Assembly (NCBI GenBank): GCA_905182185.1
Contig: CAJJAP010000007.1
Coordinates: forward strand, 17,461 to 81,460
Direction of reading: 5' to 3'
DNA length: 64,000 bases
DNA from: an uncultured Candidatus Poseidoniales archaeon
Lineage (GTDB): Archaea; Thermoplasmatota; Poseidoniia; Poseidoniales; Poseidoniaceae
Shown here: positions 40,771 through 49,933 of the stretch, one piece after another
Numbering within the stretch: position 1 is the first letter of the stretch
How the letters are laid out: every line of letters begins with the position of its first letter
Translations under genes and position numbers: made by a program
The notes under the pieces: generated by a model
The model's database searches: none
What the model saw: the letters and a program-made list of their open reading frames with translations, nothing else
Told to the model about the DNA's origin: nothing

Positions 40771-42057
40771 ATGCCCCCTCGGCAAAAGGCACGAATACGA
40801 ACCGGTGATGCAACTATGTCCGACAATATCTTCGACGATATTATCAACAGAAAGACTCTATTTGTAAATAAGGATTTGTTGAGAGACAATCACACCCCTA
40901 ATGAACTACCACATCGTACCAAAGAAATCAAAGCACTTTCTATGAATTTGGTCGAAGCCCTCAATGGAAATATCCCATCTAACATGACCCTATACGGAGT
41001 GACTGGGGCAGGTAAAACTGCAGTTGCATCTTACGTCTGCAATCAATTGGAAACCAAGGGGTCTAGAATCGGCCGAAATGTCAATACAATAATGGTAAAC
41101 TGCAGGCAAATCGACACCCAATATCGAGTATTGGCTCACATTGGAAACTCTCTAACTGAATCGTACGAAATTGATGAGATCCCATTCACGGGTTGGCCAG
41201 TGGATAGAGTGTTCAGCGAATTGGTTAAAAGAATGGATTCGAAGGGCGGAGTGTTTATCATCGTACTCGATGAAATCGACCATCTTGTCAAAAAGGCAGG
41301 AGATGATCTATTGTACAATTTGACAAATCTTAATCAATCTTTGAAAAATTCCAGATCTTGTGTCATCGGAATTTCAAATGATTTGAAGTTCACCGAATTC
41401 CTTGACCCTCGTGTTCGTTCCCGTCTAGGTCAATTAGATGTCATTTTCAATCCATATGATGCTTCTCAATTACAAGATATTCTGCGCCAACGTGCTGCAA
41501 CTTCTATCAAACAAGGAGTTCTGAGCGATGGTGTTGTCCAATTATGTTCTGCACTAGCCGCTCAAGAGCACGGTGATGCTCGTTGTGCGCTTGAATTGTT
41601 GAGGGTTTCAACTGAAAAGGCGGATGAAGAAGGTAAAAACTCAGTCATGATAAAGCACGTACGCGTCGCTCAATCTCAAATTGAAGCTGACCAAATTACA
41701 CCGGTCATCTCATCACTTCCAAAACAACAAAAATTAGTTTTGGCCGCTATCCTAATCAATGAAAAGTATGGTTTGAAAAATATTGAAACTGGCCAAGTTC
41801 AAGACATCTATGCCCAGGTATGTTTGTCGGTCGGACAAAATGCACTGACTCAGAGAAGAGTAAGAATGCTCATCTCAAATCTAGACATGCTCGGGCTAAT
41901 TACTGCCCGCGTAATAAGTCGTGGTAGAATGGGTCGAACAAAGGAAATTAATTCATGTATTCCATCTAATGTTGAACCAATGGTAATCATGGGAGAGTCC
42001 GAACCAGAAATGGTGGGAATCTTTGATAAAAACTATCGCCATCAATCACGTCTGTGA
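40771..42057 (+). CDS. orc1: Orc1/Cdc6 replication initiator (AAA+ with C-terminal winged helix)
   Basis: Walker A GVTGAGKTAV, Walker B FIIVLDEIDHL, sensor regions, C-terminal wH. Possible internal start MSDNIF (40816). Confidence 0.9.
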   Translation: MPPRQKARIRTGDATMSDNIFDDIINRKTLFVNKDLLRDNHTPNELPHRTKEIKALSMNLVEALNGNIPSNMTLYGVTGAGKTAVASYVCNQLETKGSRIGRNVNTIMVNCRQIDTQYRVLAHIGNSLTESYEIDEIPFTGWPVDRVFSELVKRMDSKGGVFIIVLDEIDHLVKKAGDDLLYNLTNLNQSLKNSRSCVIGISNDLKFTEFLDPRVRSRLGQLDVIFNPYDASQLQDILRQRAATSIKQGVLSDGVVQLCSALAAQEHGDARCALELLRVSTEKADEEGKNSVMIKHVRVAQSQIEADQITPVISSLPKQQKLVLAAILINEKYGLKNIETGQVQDIYAQVCLSVGQNALTQRRVRMLISNLDMLGLITARVISRGRMGRTKEINSCIPSNVEPMVIMGESEPEMVGIFDKNYRHQSRL

Positions 42058-42149
42058 TTTTACCACCGGCTGTTTCCACCTGCAATTATTGTTGATTTGT
42101 TGTAGGGGATTGTTATTTCCGATTCGGTGTTCTTATATCCACATGGTAG

Positions 42150-42728
42150 GTGGCCACAGACATGAGCAGTGAACTAGGTGACAAACAAAGTGGAATTCTT
42201 TCCATGATTACCGACCCTTCAAGTGGCACCGCTAATTGGTTCATCGGTCTTTCAATGTGGGGTATAATTTTAGCAATCCTCAACATATTGGGACTTGCTC
42301 ACCCTAGCTACCATTACTCTTGGGCCGGATTGTTTTCTTTCGAAATGACAAACCTTGCTTATGAACTGAAATCTGATTCTGTGCAAGTTGTTGCATCTGA
42401 TGTGGTTTTCCTCTCTTTTTGTTCGCTATTCATGTTCTTTGGACTCAAAGCATATGCAAACACTGAAGGTGGAGTCGCAGGATTTTTCACTGGATTATTT
42501 GTAAATGATACTTGGCCTGCACTCGCTTCAATTGATGAGGGTGGTATCCAACGTACTCTTGCTGCCTGGTCTACATTGTTTGGATTCGCTTTCTACATCT
42601 ATTTTGGAATTAATCACATGGGATGGATGGACCCAGGTGTATATGCAGTAAGTATTGCATTGATCGCTTTTGGATTCGCATTGAATCATGCTTCCCGTGT
42701 ACCTGAAGGCGAAGATAACCTAGACTGA
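42150..42728 (+). CDS. Integral membrane protein, hypothetical
   Basis: 192 aa with 4-5 predicted helices. No recognisable motif. Confidence 0.5.
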   Translation: MATDMSSELGDKQSGILSMITDPSSGTANWFIGLSMWGIILAILNILGLAHPSYHYSWAGLFSFEMTNLAYELKSDSVQVVASDVVFLSFCSLFMFFGLKAYANTEGGVAGFFTGLFVNDTWPALASIDEGGIQRTLAAWSTLFGFAFYIYFGINHMGWMDPGVYAVSIALIAFGFALNHASRVPEGEDNLD

Positions 42729-42870
42729 GTTGAAACTTCAGTCTATTTTGATGTTTAGAACATCATCTAAGTGTTTACGGTGATGAACGATTCCTCCTAA
42801 TTAATGATTAATTCTGCAATTAGTATCGCACAACTTTAAGCGGACCATACCACTACAGACATTTGGTGAG

Positions 42871-44187
42871 ATGATGAAAGAAATGAATTCTTCAATCAAA
42901 AGTATTATTGTCAGTTGTTTGATATTAGCATTAATGTTGCCTAGCGCAGCTAGTTCTGAACTAATATTACCTACAGATACCAACCAATTCGTTATTGATG
43001 AAGCAGGTGTTTTGAGTGAAGCTGATGAGGACCTATTGACCATAGACCTGCGATGGTTGGCTGATGAATGGGGCACCGATATTGTGGTTGTAGTCATTGA
43101 ATCGACTGCTCATTATCAATCAAGTGATGATACTTCAGGAGATACTACCGACAACAATACCAACGATACTAGCAATGAATCAACCAACGACAACTAACGG
43201 TACTGACGATGGAACAACTACACACTGGTACTGACGATGGAACAACCAACGGTACTGACGATGGAACAACCAACAGTACTGACAATGAAACAACCAACGG
43301 CACTGGTAATGAAACAACTAACGGTACTGACGATGGAACAACCAACGGTACTGGTAATGAAACAACTAACGATACTGGTAATGAATCAACCAATCAAACT
43401 ATTGATGAACCAATGATGGAATTAAAAGAGTTCTCCGAGGCATTATTTGATGATTGGGGAGTGGGTAACCAAGAATGGCAAGATGGAATCTTGCTCGTTC
43501 TCTCAATTAATCAATCTAGTGATGATTCAAACTGGTGGTTTGTAACGGGTAATTTTTGGGAGGATTATTGGGTTTTTAACGGCGTTGGAGCAACTTCTGA
43601 TGACAGCAACGATGCTGGTAACTGGACAGATTTACTTCTCATCATTACAGATGATCTCGTCACAGCAGTTGATGAATTCTGGATTGAAAATGATGGCTAT
43701 GTTTACCCACCTGAAGATCAAAGTGATACTGGTTATACGGATTTTGAGGATATAGAGTGGGATGGAGAGATAATTCCTATCATCGGAGGCTTAGCAGTAT
43801 GTGGATTCGTTTTATTGATAATAATAATACTAGTTGGTAGAGGTGGCGGCGGATATTATGCGGCGGCGGCGGCGGATATTATGGCGGCGGCGGCGGCGGC
43901 GGTGGTCGCTGGTACAACAGAGGGGGAAACGGTGGATACGGATACAATAATGGACACCATGGTGGCCATGGAGATCATGGTCAATCTCACACTCCACCAG
44001 CGCCTAGTAGGAAATCTAGTCGTAGAAGTTCCCGTGGTGGAAGTTCTCGCGGCGGAGGAAGTTCAAGAGGATCTTCTGGCGGCAGTTCTCGCGGTGGCGG
44101 CGGTGGCAGTTCTCGCGGTGGCGGCGGTGGCGGTTCCCGGGTGGCGGTCGGTGGCGGTTCTCGCGGCGGTGGCGGAAGACGCCGTTG
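42871..44187 (+). pseudogene. TPM-domain (TLP18.3/YgcG-like) membrane protein interrupted by a tandem N/T/D/G-rich repeat and at least 3 frame changes
   Basis: Signal peptide plus the TPM N-half in frame 1 (FVIDEAGVLSEADEDLLTIDLRWLADEWGTDIVVVVIES). The 24-bp repeat array switches frame twice (frames 1 to 2 to 3). The TPM C-half follows in frame 3 (ALFDDWGVGNQEWQDGILLVL), then a TM helix. The expected Gly/Tyr/Ser/Arg-rich tail (GGGGYYGGGGG...SSRGGGG) is in yet another frame and ends at 44187. Confidence 0.5.
43141..43400 (+). repeat. Coding tandem repeat, 24-bp unit (ggtactgacgatggaacaaccaac; about 10 copies with variants)
   Basis: Direct reading of the DNA. Encodes GTDDGTTN / GTGNETTN units. 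Contains a 10-nt truncated unit (43189-43198) and a 4-nt expansion (acaactacacact), which cause the frame changes. Confidence 0.85.
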
Positions 44188-44207
44188 AAAATTCAACGGA
44201 TTTAGAT

Positions 44208-45303
44208 TCAATGACCGTTTTTACCGCGAATCGCATCAGACAGTCCCAATAGAATACCTTGCCATAATGCAATAGACCAACTAAAGGTTAATCTTCTCAC
44301 TTTGAAGATTGCAATAAGAATTCTTCTTGGGCTGCTTCTAATCGCTCCACGATTGACCACTCCGAGTGGACCTCTCCACAGCACTAACTCGTGGGCAAGC
44401 AGTAATGCTAGTGATAGTAGAAGGAATCTCGTCTGCCACCAATGTTGAGCAACTTGCCAAGAATATTCCGGATTGAGATAGAAATTGTAAATGAAAGGTA
44501 GTCCCGAGAGTATTGCTGCGACCCATAATGGAGCTATTGCAAGTACCATCTTCGAAGAACCTATGAAATCAAAACCAGGTCCGACTCTTTTTCTTCTTGG
44601 ATACTTACGAACGATTCTCAAATGTCCGCGAGCATCTCTTCGCCTCTTGGCCAGAAATCTCTTTTGTCCGATTTCAGCAACATGGCTTACAATCGCATCT
44701 GGTGCATAGACAATGGTACCACCCGATTCAATTAATTTCAGACTAACCTCCATGTCTTCAGCATGATACCACTGTGGATCAAAACTTCCAACATTGAGCA
44801 GGGCTTCACGGTTAAACATTGAGCAAGGGCCATTTGCAAGCGAGGTGCGTCGCGGACGTGAACGGTATTTTATGTGCGACCTCAACTGAACGAACTAGAC
44901 TCACTACATCTTCTGCTGACTCAAAAATAGTTCTCCCTGTAACCGCTACAACTTTTTCATTGGCACTAACTGGGTTTGATTCTGCGACTAGATTTGAGAT
45001 CCAGTCTCTCTCCGGGCGAACATCAATATCTGTAATAGCCACCCATTCTCCTTGAGCATTTTCAACTGCTAATTTTCTACCAGCAGATAATCCAAGTGCG
45101 TTTTGCGACATTACTCGGACTGGAATCCCATTTTCTCCTTCAGGATCGTGCCACTTGTGCAATGCCTCGCAAGATTGGTCGGATGAACCATCGTCTACAG
45201 CAATGATTTCTAAGGGCCGATAGGATTGATTGAGCAAGGCTTCTAAACAACCATCAATCCATTGCACCCCATCTCGGACACAAACAGTAATTGTAACAAG
45301 CAT
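44208..45303 (-). pseudogene. Family-2 glycosyltransferase split by a frameshift into two ORFs (44812..45303 N-part; 44208..44885 C-part)
   Basis: The N-part has IIAVDDGSSD and ITDIDV (DxD). The C-part has NGPCSMFNREALLNVGSFDP...YHAEDMEVSLKLIESGGTIVYAPDAIVSH plus TM helices. The two parts overlap by 74 nt in different frames. Confidence 0.5.
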
Positions 45304-45316
45304 ATTAGCACCTCCC

Positions 45317-46336
45317 TTACATTATTTCAAACATTGACAGTAAATCCCTGCATCTCTCTTTTGCAGCAACATCCGTGACCCTCATTACAACACCTAGACT
45401 TGGTTGTCCATACAATACAACTGTCCCCAAAGGCGCCACTAAATGAATCAATATTGGCGCTAAATCTTCTTCGCCATCTACTTCGATAACTACTGATTCA
45501 TCTGCATAGATTGCATTTTCTATTGCAACCCTAAGCGAAGGAGTTAGTACTCCTGGAGGATTAATCGCCGTAAGAGTGTGAGCGAATACTGTTGTGTTTA
45601 CGCAATCCTTTTGTGCCAATTTCTCCCTCTTGGTTAGGCCATCGATTATTGCAATCTCTGGAGTTAGCCCTATGTCGAGTAGGGTTTTTACAGTCACATC
45701 ACCAACAGCAACTATCGTTCCGCGAGGATTTGGCAATGCATCTAAAGTTGCAAGCATTGCAATTTCGGGGTCATCTTCTGGACCCATGAATAATTCCCCC
45801 ATTGGTATTTTTAATTCATTATCCAATGATTTAGCCATTTTTAAAGTAGATTCTAATTGTTCTCCGCTTATCCATGGATTACCATCTTGATCAATTATTC
45901 CATTACGTATTCTGGTTGAGGAAACGATTCCTCCAGCTCCATCCATCAGATGAGGAATTTCTATGATGTGTAGTGGTTCGAGTTCGTCATTTATTCGCAT
46001 TTCATTGATTATTTCGCACATTGCGCGGGTTTCAACTGTCGCTACAATAGCATCTGCACTAGGATGAGTCGGCGCAGGTCCCATTTCATCATCCAATTCA
46101 TGGATTGTCACTGGGCAATCACTATTTTCATCAGCCCATGCTAGAATTGATTCTAATCGGGTATCAAATGATTGAACATAAGGAGATTTGATAGAAGCCA
46201 TATTGTCGTTGGTCAAATGGACTTCAACGCGCACACTGTTACGACAAGCACCTTCCAATAACAATTTGTGGCCTGCGTGGAAGCGGTCAAATGTTCCACC
46301 GACTAAGCAACAGCGGTTGGTCACTTTATCTTCCAC
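45317..46336 (-). CDS. Phosphopantetheine adenylyltransferase-like nucleotidyltransferase fused to a DUF359-like (archaeal GTP-dependent dephospho-CoA kinase-like) domain
   Basis: N-terminal CLVGGTFDRFHAGH is the (H/T)xGH cytidylyltransferase motif of archaeal PPAT. The C-terminal ~170 aa has GTIVAVGDVTVKTLLDIGLTPEIAIIDGLTKRE, reminiscent of DUF359. Confidence 0.55.
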   Translation of the reverse strand: MEDKVTNRCCLVGGTFDRFHAGHKLLLEGACRNSVRVEVHLTNDNMASIKSPYVQSFDTRLESILAWADENSDCPVTIHELDDEMGPAPTHPSADAIVATVETRAMCEIINEMRINDELEPLHIIEIPHLMDGAGGIVSSTRIRNGIIDQDGNPWISGEQLESTLKMAKSLDNELKIPMGELFMGPEDDPEIAMLATLDALPNPRGTIVAVGDVTVKTLLDIGLTPEIAIIDGLTKREKLAQKDCVNTTVFAHTLTAINPPGVLTPSLRVAIENAIYADESVVIEVDGEEDLAPILIHLVAPLGTVVLYGQPSLGVVMRVTDVAAKERCRDLLSMFEIM

Positions 46337-46464
46337 ATACTAATGTGAAAAAACAAAGCCTTTGAGTGCATCGCAAGTATTTACCTTAAATGGATGGTTT
46401 CCGATAGAGGAGGGGATGTTACGACAGTGCTAATTAAAGCACTATTCGAGAAATCGGAATTGAT

Positions 46465-46794
46465 TCAATACTTGTTCAGAGATTCTGTGCCTGTAGTGAT
46501 AAGACCATTGTTATCAATAATGATAGCAGTGCCTTCGATCCATTCTGGGCAATTAGAGGAAACCCAATTACGAGTTGCCCATTCACATATATCATATCCG
46601 CCGGAAAGTATTCCAGAGCGCTTGATATATCCTACTTTGACAATGTCCTTATCTTTTGACAGAACATTACCGAGTTGTTGACTGGTAGTGCCATGACGCA
46701 TTGTGCTATTTATGTGCTCAAGAATTTCTGCAGTGTTACGTGGGCGGTCACCTAAGAACTTCTTGATCTTCTCTCTGATTCTTGTTGTTTTCAT
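46465..46794 (-). CDS. Small putative winged-helix DNA-binding protein
   Basis: 109 aa, basic N-terminus, HTH-like segment NTAEILEHINSTMRHGTTSQQLGNVL. Confidence 0.4.
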   Translation of the reverse strand: MKTTRIREKIKKFLGDRPRNTAEILEHINSTMRHGTTSQQLGNVLSKDKDIVKVGYIKRSGILSGGYDICEWATRNWVSSNCPEWIEGTAIIIDNNGLITTGTESLNKY

Positions 46795-47067
46795 TTATTT
46801 TTCCCTCCTGTCAATTGACCGATTCGCTTTGGTTGATGGCCAATATCCTCAATGACCGAGGCCACTCATATAACCATTCTCCCGACATTGACTGATATGG
46901 TTACAATTGAATACATAATTCAGTGCAATTTCCGCACTACAATATGTAATAAGTAAGTAAGAATGGACTCCTCCAGTGGAAATCTGTAACTTAATGTAAT
47001 AAGTTAGTGGAATAAAGGGCAAAGAATATGTAAGAGGTGCCACTGTGCCAAGTTTAGGTGACATGTT

Positions 47068-49572
47068 GTGTCTAAAGGACGTATTCGCAGCGGATATCAA
47101 CGCCGAATATTAGACTGGTTAAGCGATGGCGGAGGGACTGTCTCGGATATTAGTGAACAATTAGAGTTGAGAATGCCGCACGCATCTCTTGCCCTAAGAC
47201 AGCTGCGTGATAATGGGGATGTAATCAGGGAAGACCAGTCCGGTATTAGAGGCGCAGTGCACCGTATGACACCCATAGGGCTGGAACGCCTACAGCAAGA
47301 TTCAGTTCACAGAATTAGTAAATATGTCAAACACATACCCCCTGATGGTGAAATGATTTTACTATCGCGCGATGACTCTACACTGCTATTTGGTTATGTG
47401 AATAGCGCACCCCCCCCACTGATTCATCTACCAGATGAAGTAAATCTGAGAGAACTTACACCCCCCGATGATTCCAATGGAAATCAGGGGGGGCGTTGGG
47501 CAGTCACAAGAGGAAATAGTATTATTTGGTTCGATATAGATTCCTTACAACAAGTAGACCCACCCGTAAAAACCGATACTGGGACCTTGGTTGACTGGTC
47601 ACAACAAAGTCGAAAAATCGGATTGGTCAGTGCAAAACTTTTAGAAAATTCAAAACCATGGAAGATTACCGAAGGAACATGGCTCAAATCACCAATCGAT
47701 CACTCACAACTACCCCCAGTATTAGGTAATGGCGAGTATGTACTAGGACTAACTCCCGACGACATAGAGATATCACCCCCTCTTGGTATCCACGGGCACT
47801 TTTCCTCACAGCTTTTGCGGGGTTTAGCCCTATCCACTTTATCCAAGGATGCAATTGTAATCGGGGAATTAAGAGATATCGGATCTATGCGAGTACTACC
47901 AATTGAACTTCTCAGAGAATGGTTAATTCACAAGCACCCTCGATTAGATACCAACCGATTAGATGAAAAATGGAATTTACTCCACCAATACTACACAACT
48001 AACAATGGTTCAAGCCCTTCAATTTCAATGAAGAGAGAATTATTGGCAGACTTCGGAGAGGTTGAATGGAGCGACAATAATGTTCAACGGATTGAATTAA
48101 CTGGTGTTTCCGAAAATGGTGGAATTTGCATCTACAACTGGGTTCTATCCCAAGCAAAACAATTCGTTGGAGAATGGAATTGGCCGATTCAAGGCAATCT
48201 ACCCCTTTTGAAAAGAGTAATGGCAAGTGGTAACTGCAGAATCATGATAACTACCAAAGGTGAATTTTCTGAATTGACAAAATCCAATTTACTTTTATTC
48301 AAGGGCGATGGAATGGCGCGGGTTAATCTGCAAATCGAAAGAGGGATATTCTTGCCGCTTTCATTAGCCGGCAATAAACGAACTTCAAAATCACCCCACA
48401 GCAGCAGATTAGTACCTGCAAATGCTGATGAACTTAACCTATTTTTAGATGGGAGTAAAATAGAAAACACCTTTTCAGTAGAGAAGGATGTAGAAACTAG
48501 TTCCCAAATTTGGAAAGCGATTGATTCTCTACCAGAGGGCGATGCCGATTATGCAAACTCCATTGAAAGAAAAAATCCTCTTGCTGCTTGGATTTCATCT
48601 CCAAAACAAGATAGATTACGCTGCTGGCAACGTATTTCTAGCGAACTAGAAAATGGTTGGGCCGATCTTTTGCCGATTGAACTATGCGATGATAAACTAT
48701 TGATTACAGCCAGTGAAAAGGCAGGTATTGCTTGGAGAGAAGATGCAATTAATCATTTGAAATCTAATTTCATACGCCACAATCAATCTATTATTGAAGT
48801 GGAACATCTTCTCAAAGATAAAAAAACAAAATCCTTTTTGGCGGCAGCGATTCTGCTCTCCAGTGAAACATTTCCTCTAGAATTGCACGAAATCATTTCC
48901 GATTCATGTAAGATTTGGTTGGATGCCCCTCATTACAGTTGCGAGGTATTGGAAGCAATGTTCCCCTTGGGAAAGACTCTGGATGAGGAAAGGATGCTGT
49001 TGGCCGTGAAATGTGCAAAGGCATCTCGATCTCACCCGAGAGATTCGGTGCTAGCAGTTTGGGGAGAGTTATTACTGAGATTGGATAGTGGCGTTGCTAT
49101 ATCAATCGATTTAGTACGTAAAGCACTACAGATATTACCACATACGTGGTGGTCGGCATGGTCTGCCGAATGGTTACAAATGCAATTATCTGCTTCATCA
49201 TCACGCCACTGGTTATCTGAGAATTACAAACCTTGGCCAGCATTAATATGCCGTCCTAGTGGGGAAAATGTAGGGCTACCTGGACATCCAATAAAGCACA
49301 AGGGTTTTGCAATTGACAGTGAGTCACTACTGCATATTCTACTACTGGAGGAAGGACAAGGCAAAGCACCTTTATTAGATTTATATGATGCTATTATCAA
49401 TGCTGAAAATGGCAACCCAATCCACAATGGCAGAATTCACCCTCTAGTTGGATATTTGACAAAACCTGTTGAAACTTGGCCTTCCATTCCAATTCAGATC
49501 CTCCAACAAGGAGATTCAGAAGTCTCCGCATTACTGTTTGGTCGTTCATTTCGTAACCGGATTGAACAATAG
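47068..49572 (+). CDS. Large (834 aa) protein of unknown function with an N-terminal winged-helix DNA-binding domain
   Basis: YQRRILDWLSDGGGTVSDISEQLELRMPHASLALRQLRDNGDVI is an ArsR/MarR-like wHTH. No catalytic motif recognised in the remaining ~750 aa. C8/G7 homopolymer tracts lie in the coding DNA (47405-47475). Confidence 0.6.
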   Translation: MSKGRIRSGYQRRILDWLSDGGGTVSDISEQLELRMPHASLALRQLRDNGDVIREDQSGIRGAVHRMTPIGLERLQQDSVHRISKYVKHIPPDGEMILLSRDDSTLLFGYVNSAPPPLIHLPDEVNLRELTPPDDSNGNQGGRWAVTRGNSIIWFDIDSLQQVDPPVKTDTGTLVDWSQQSRKIGLVSAKLLENSKPWKITEGTWLKSPIDHSQLPPVLGNGEYVLGLTPDDIEISPPLGIHGHFSSQLLRGLALSTLSKDAIVIGELRDIGSMRVLPIELLREWLIHKHPRLDTNRLDEKWNLLHQYYTTNNGSSPSISMKRELLADFGEVEWSDNNVQRIELTGVSENGGICIYNWVLSQAKQFVGEWNWPIQGNLPLLKRVMASGNCRIMITTKGEFSELTKSNLLLFKGDGMARVNLQIERGIFLPLSLAGNKRTSKSPHSSRLVPANADELNLFLDGSKIENTFSVEKDVETSSQIWKAIDSLPEGDADYANSIERKNPLAAWISSPKQDRLRCWQRISSELENGWADLLPIELCDDKLLITASEKAGIAWREDAINHLKSNFIRHNQSIIEVEHLLKDKKTKSFLAAAILLSSETFPLELHEIISDSCKIWLDAPHYSCEVLEAMFPLGKTLDEERMLLAVKCAKASRSHPRDSVLAVWGELLLRLDSGVAISIDLVRKALQILPHTWWSAWSAEWLQMQLSASSSRHWLSENYKPWPALICRPSGENVGLPGHPIKHKGFAIDSESLLHILLLEEGQGKAPLLDLYDAIINAENGNPIHNGRIHPLVGYLTKPVETWPSIPIQILQQGDSEVSALLFGRSFRNRIEQ

Positions 49573-49933
49573 ATGGTTTCAAATGGGAAGCGTCGGTGGA
49601 ATTACTACCGCACCTGCAACATCTGGTGGAGCTACTGTGAAAAGAATCAGCTATGATATCTGATACCAATGGTGCGGAGTGCAATTCGAAGGCCAAATGG
49701 ATCCTTCGGGAAATGAAATTTGGTGCAAACGCACTTAAACCATCGGAAGGTTATGGGTCCTCTTGCGACCAATGGGATGACCAAGAGACAACCACCCTTC
49801 CGGACAGTACGCCCTGTCACCGAGGGTCAGGCCTTTGAGCAATGCAATGAAAAAGGCCGTTAGGTGACGGGGCACAGCTTTCTTTTCTAATATTGATTAT
49901 GCAATCGATGCAAATCAATTCAATTGATGTAAA

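Noticed and set aside
43840-44190. GC-rich gcggcggcgg simple repeats, possibly a non-coding microsatellite or CRISPR-like feature
   Set aside because: It reads cleanly as a Gly/Tyr/Ser/Arg-rich tail (GGGGYYGGGGG...SSRGGGG) typical of TPM-domain proteins in one frame, so it is coding low-complexity sequence.
46849-47100. 83-aa minus-strand ORF in the intergenic region upstream of the wHTH gene
   Set aside because: It overlaps the promoter/direct-repeat region and the start of the 834-aa gene and has no motif. It was most likely opened by chance in AT-rich DNA.
49573-49933. Possible terminator hairpin or ncRNA in the 360-bp convergent intergenic region
   Set aside because: Only weak inverted repeats and T-tracts are present. 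There is no conserved structure I can support from sequence alone.
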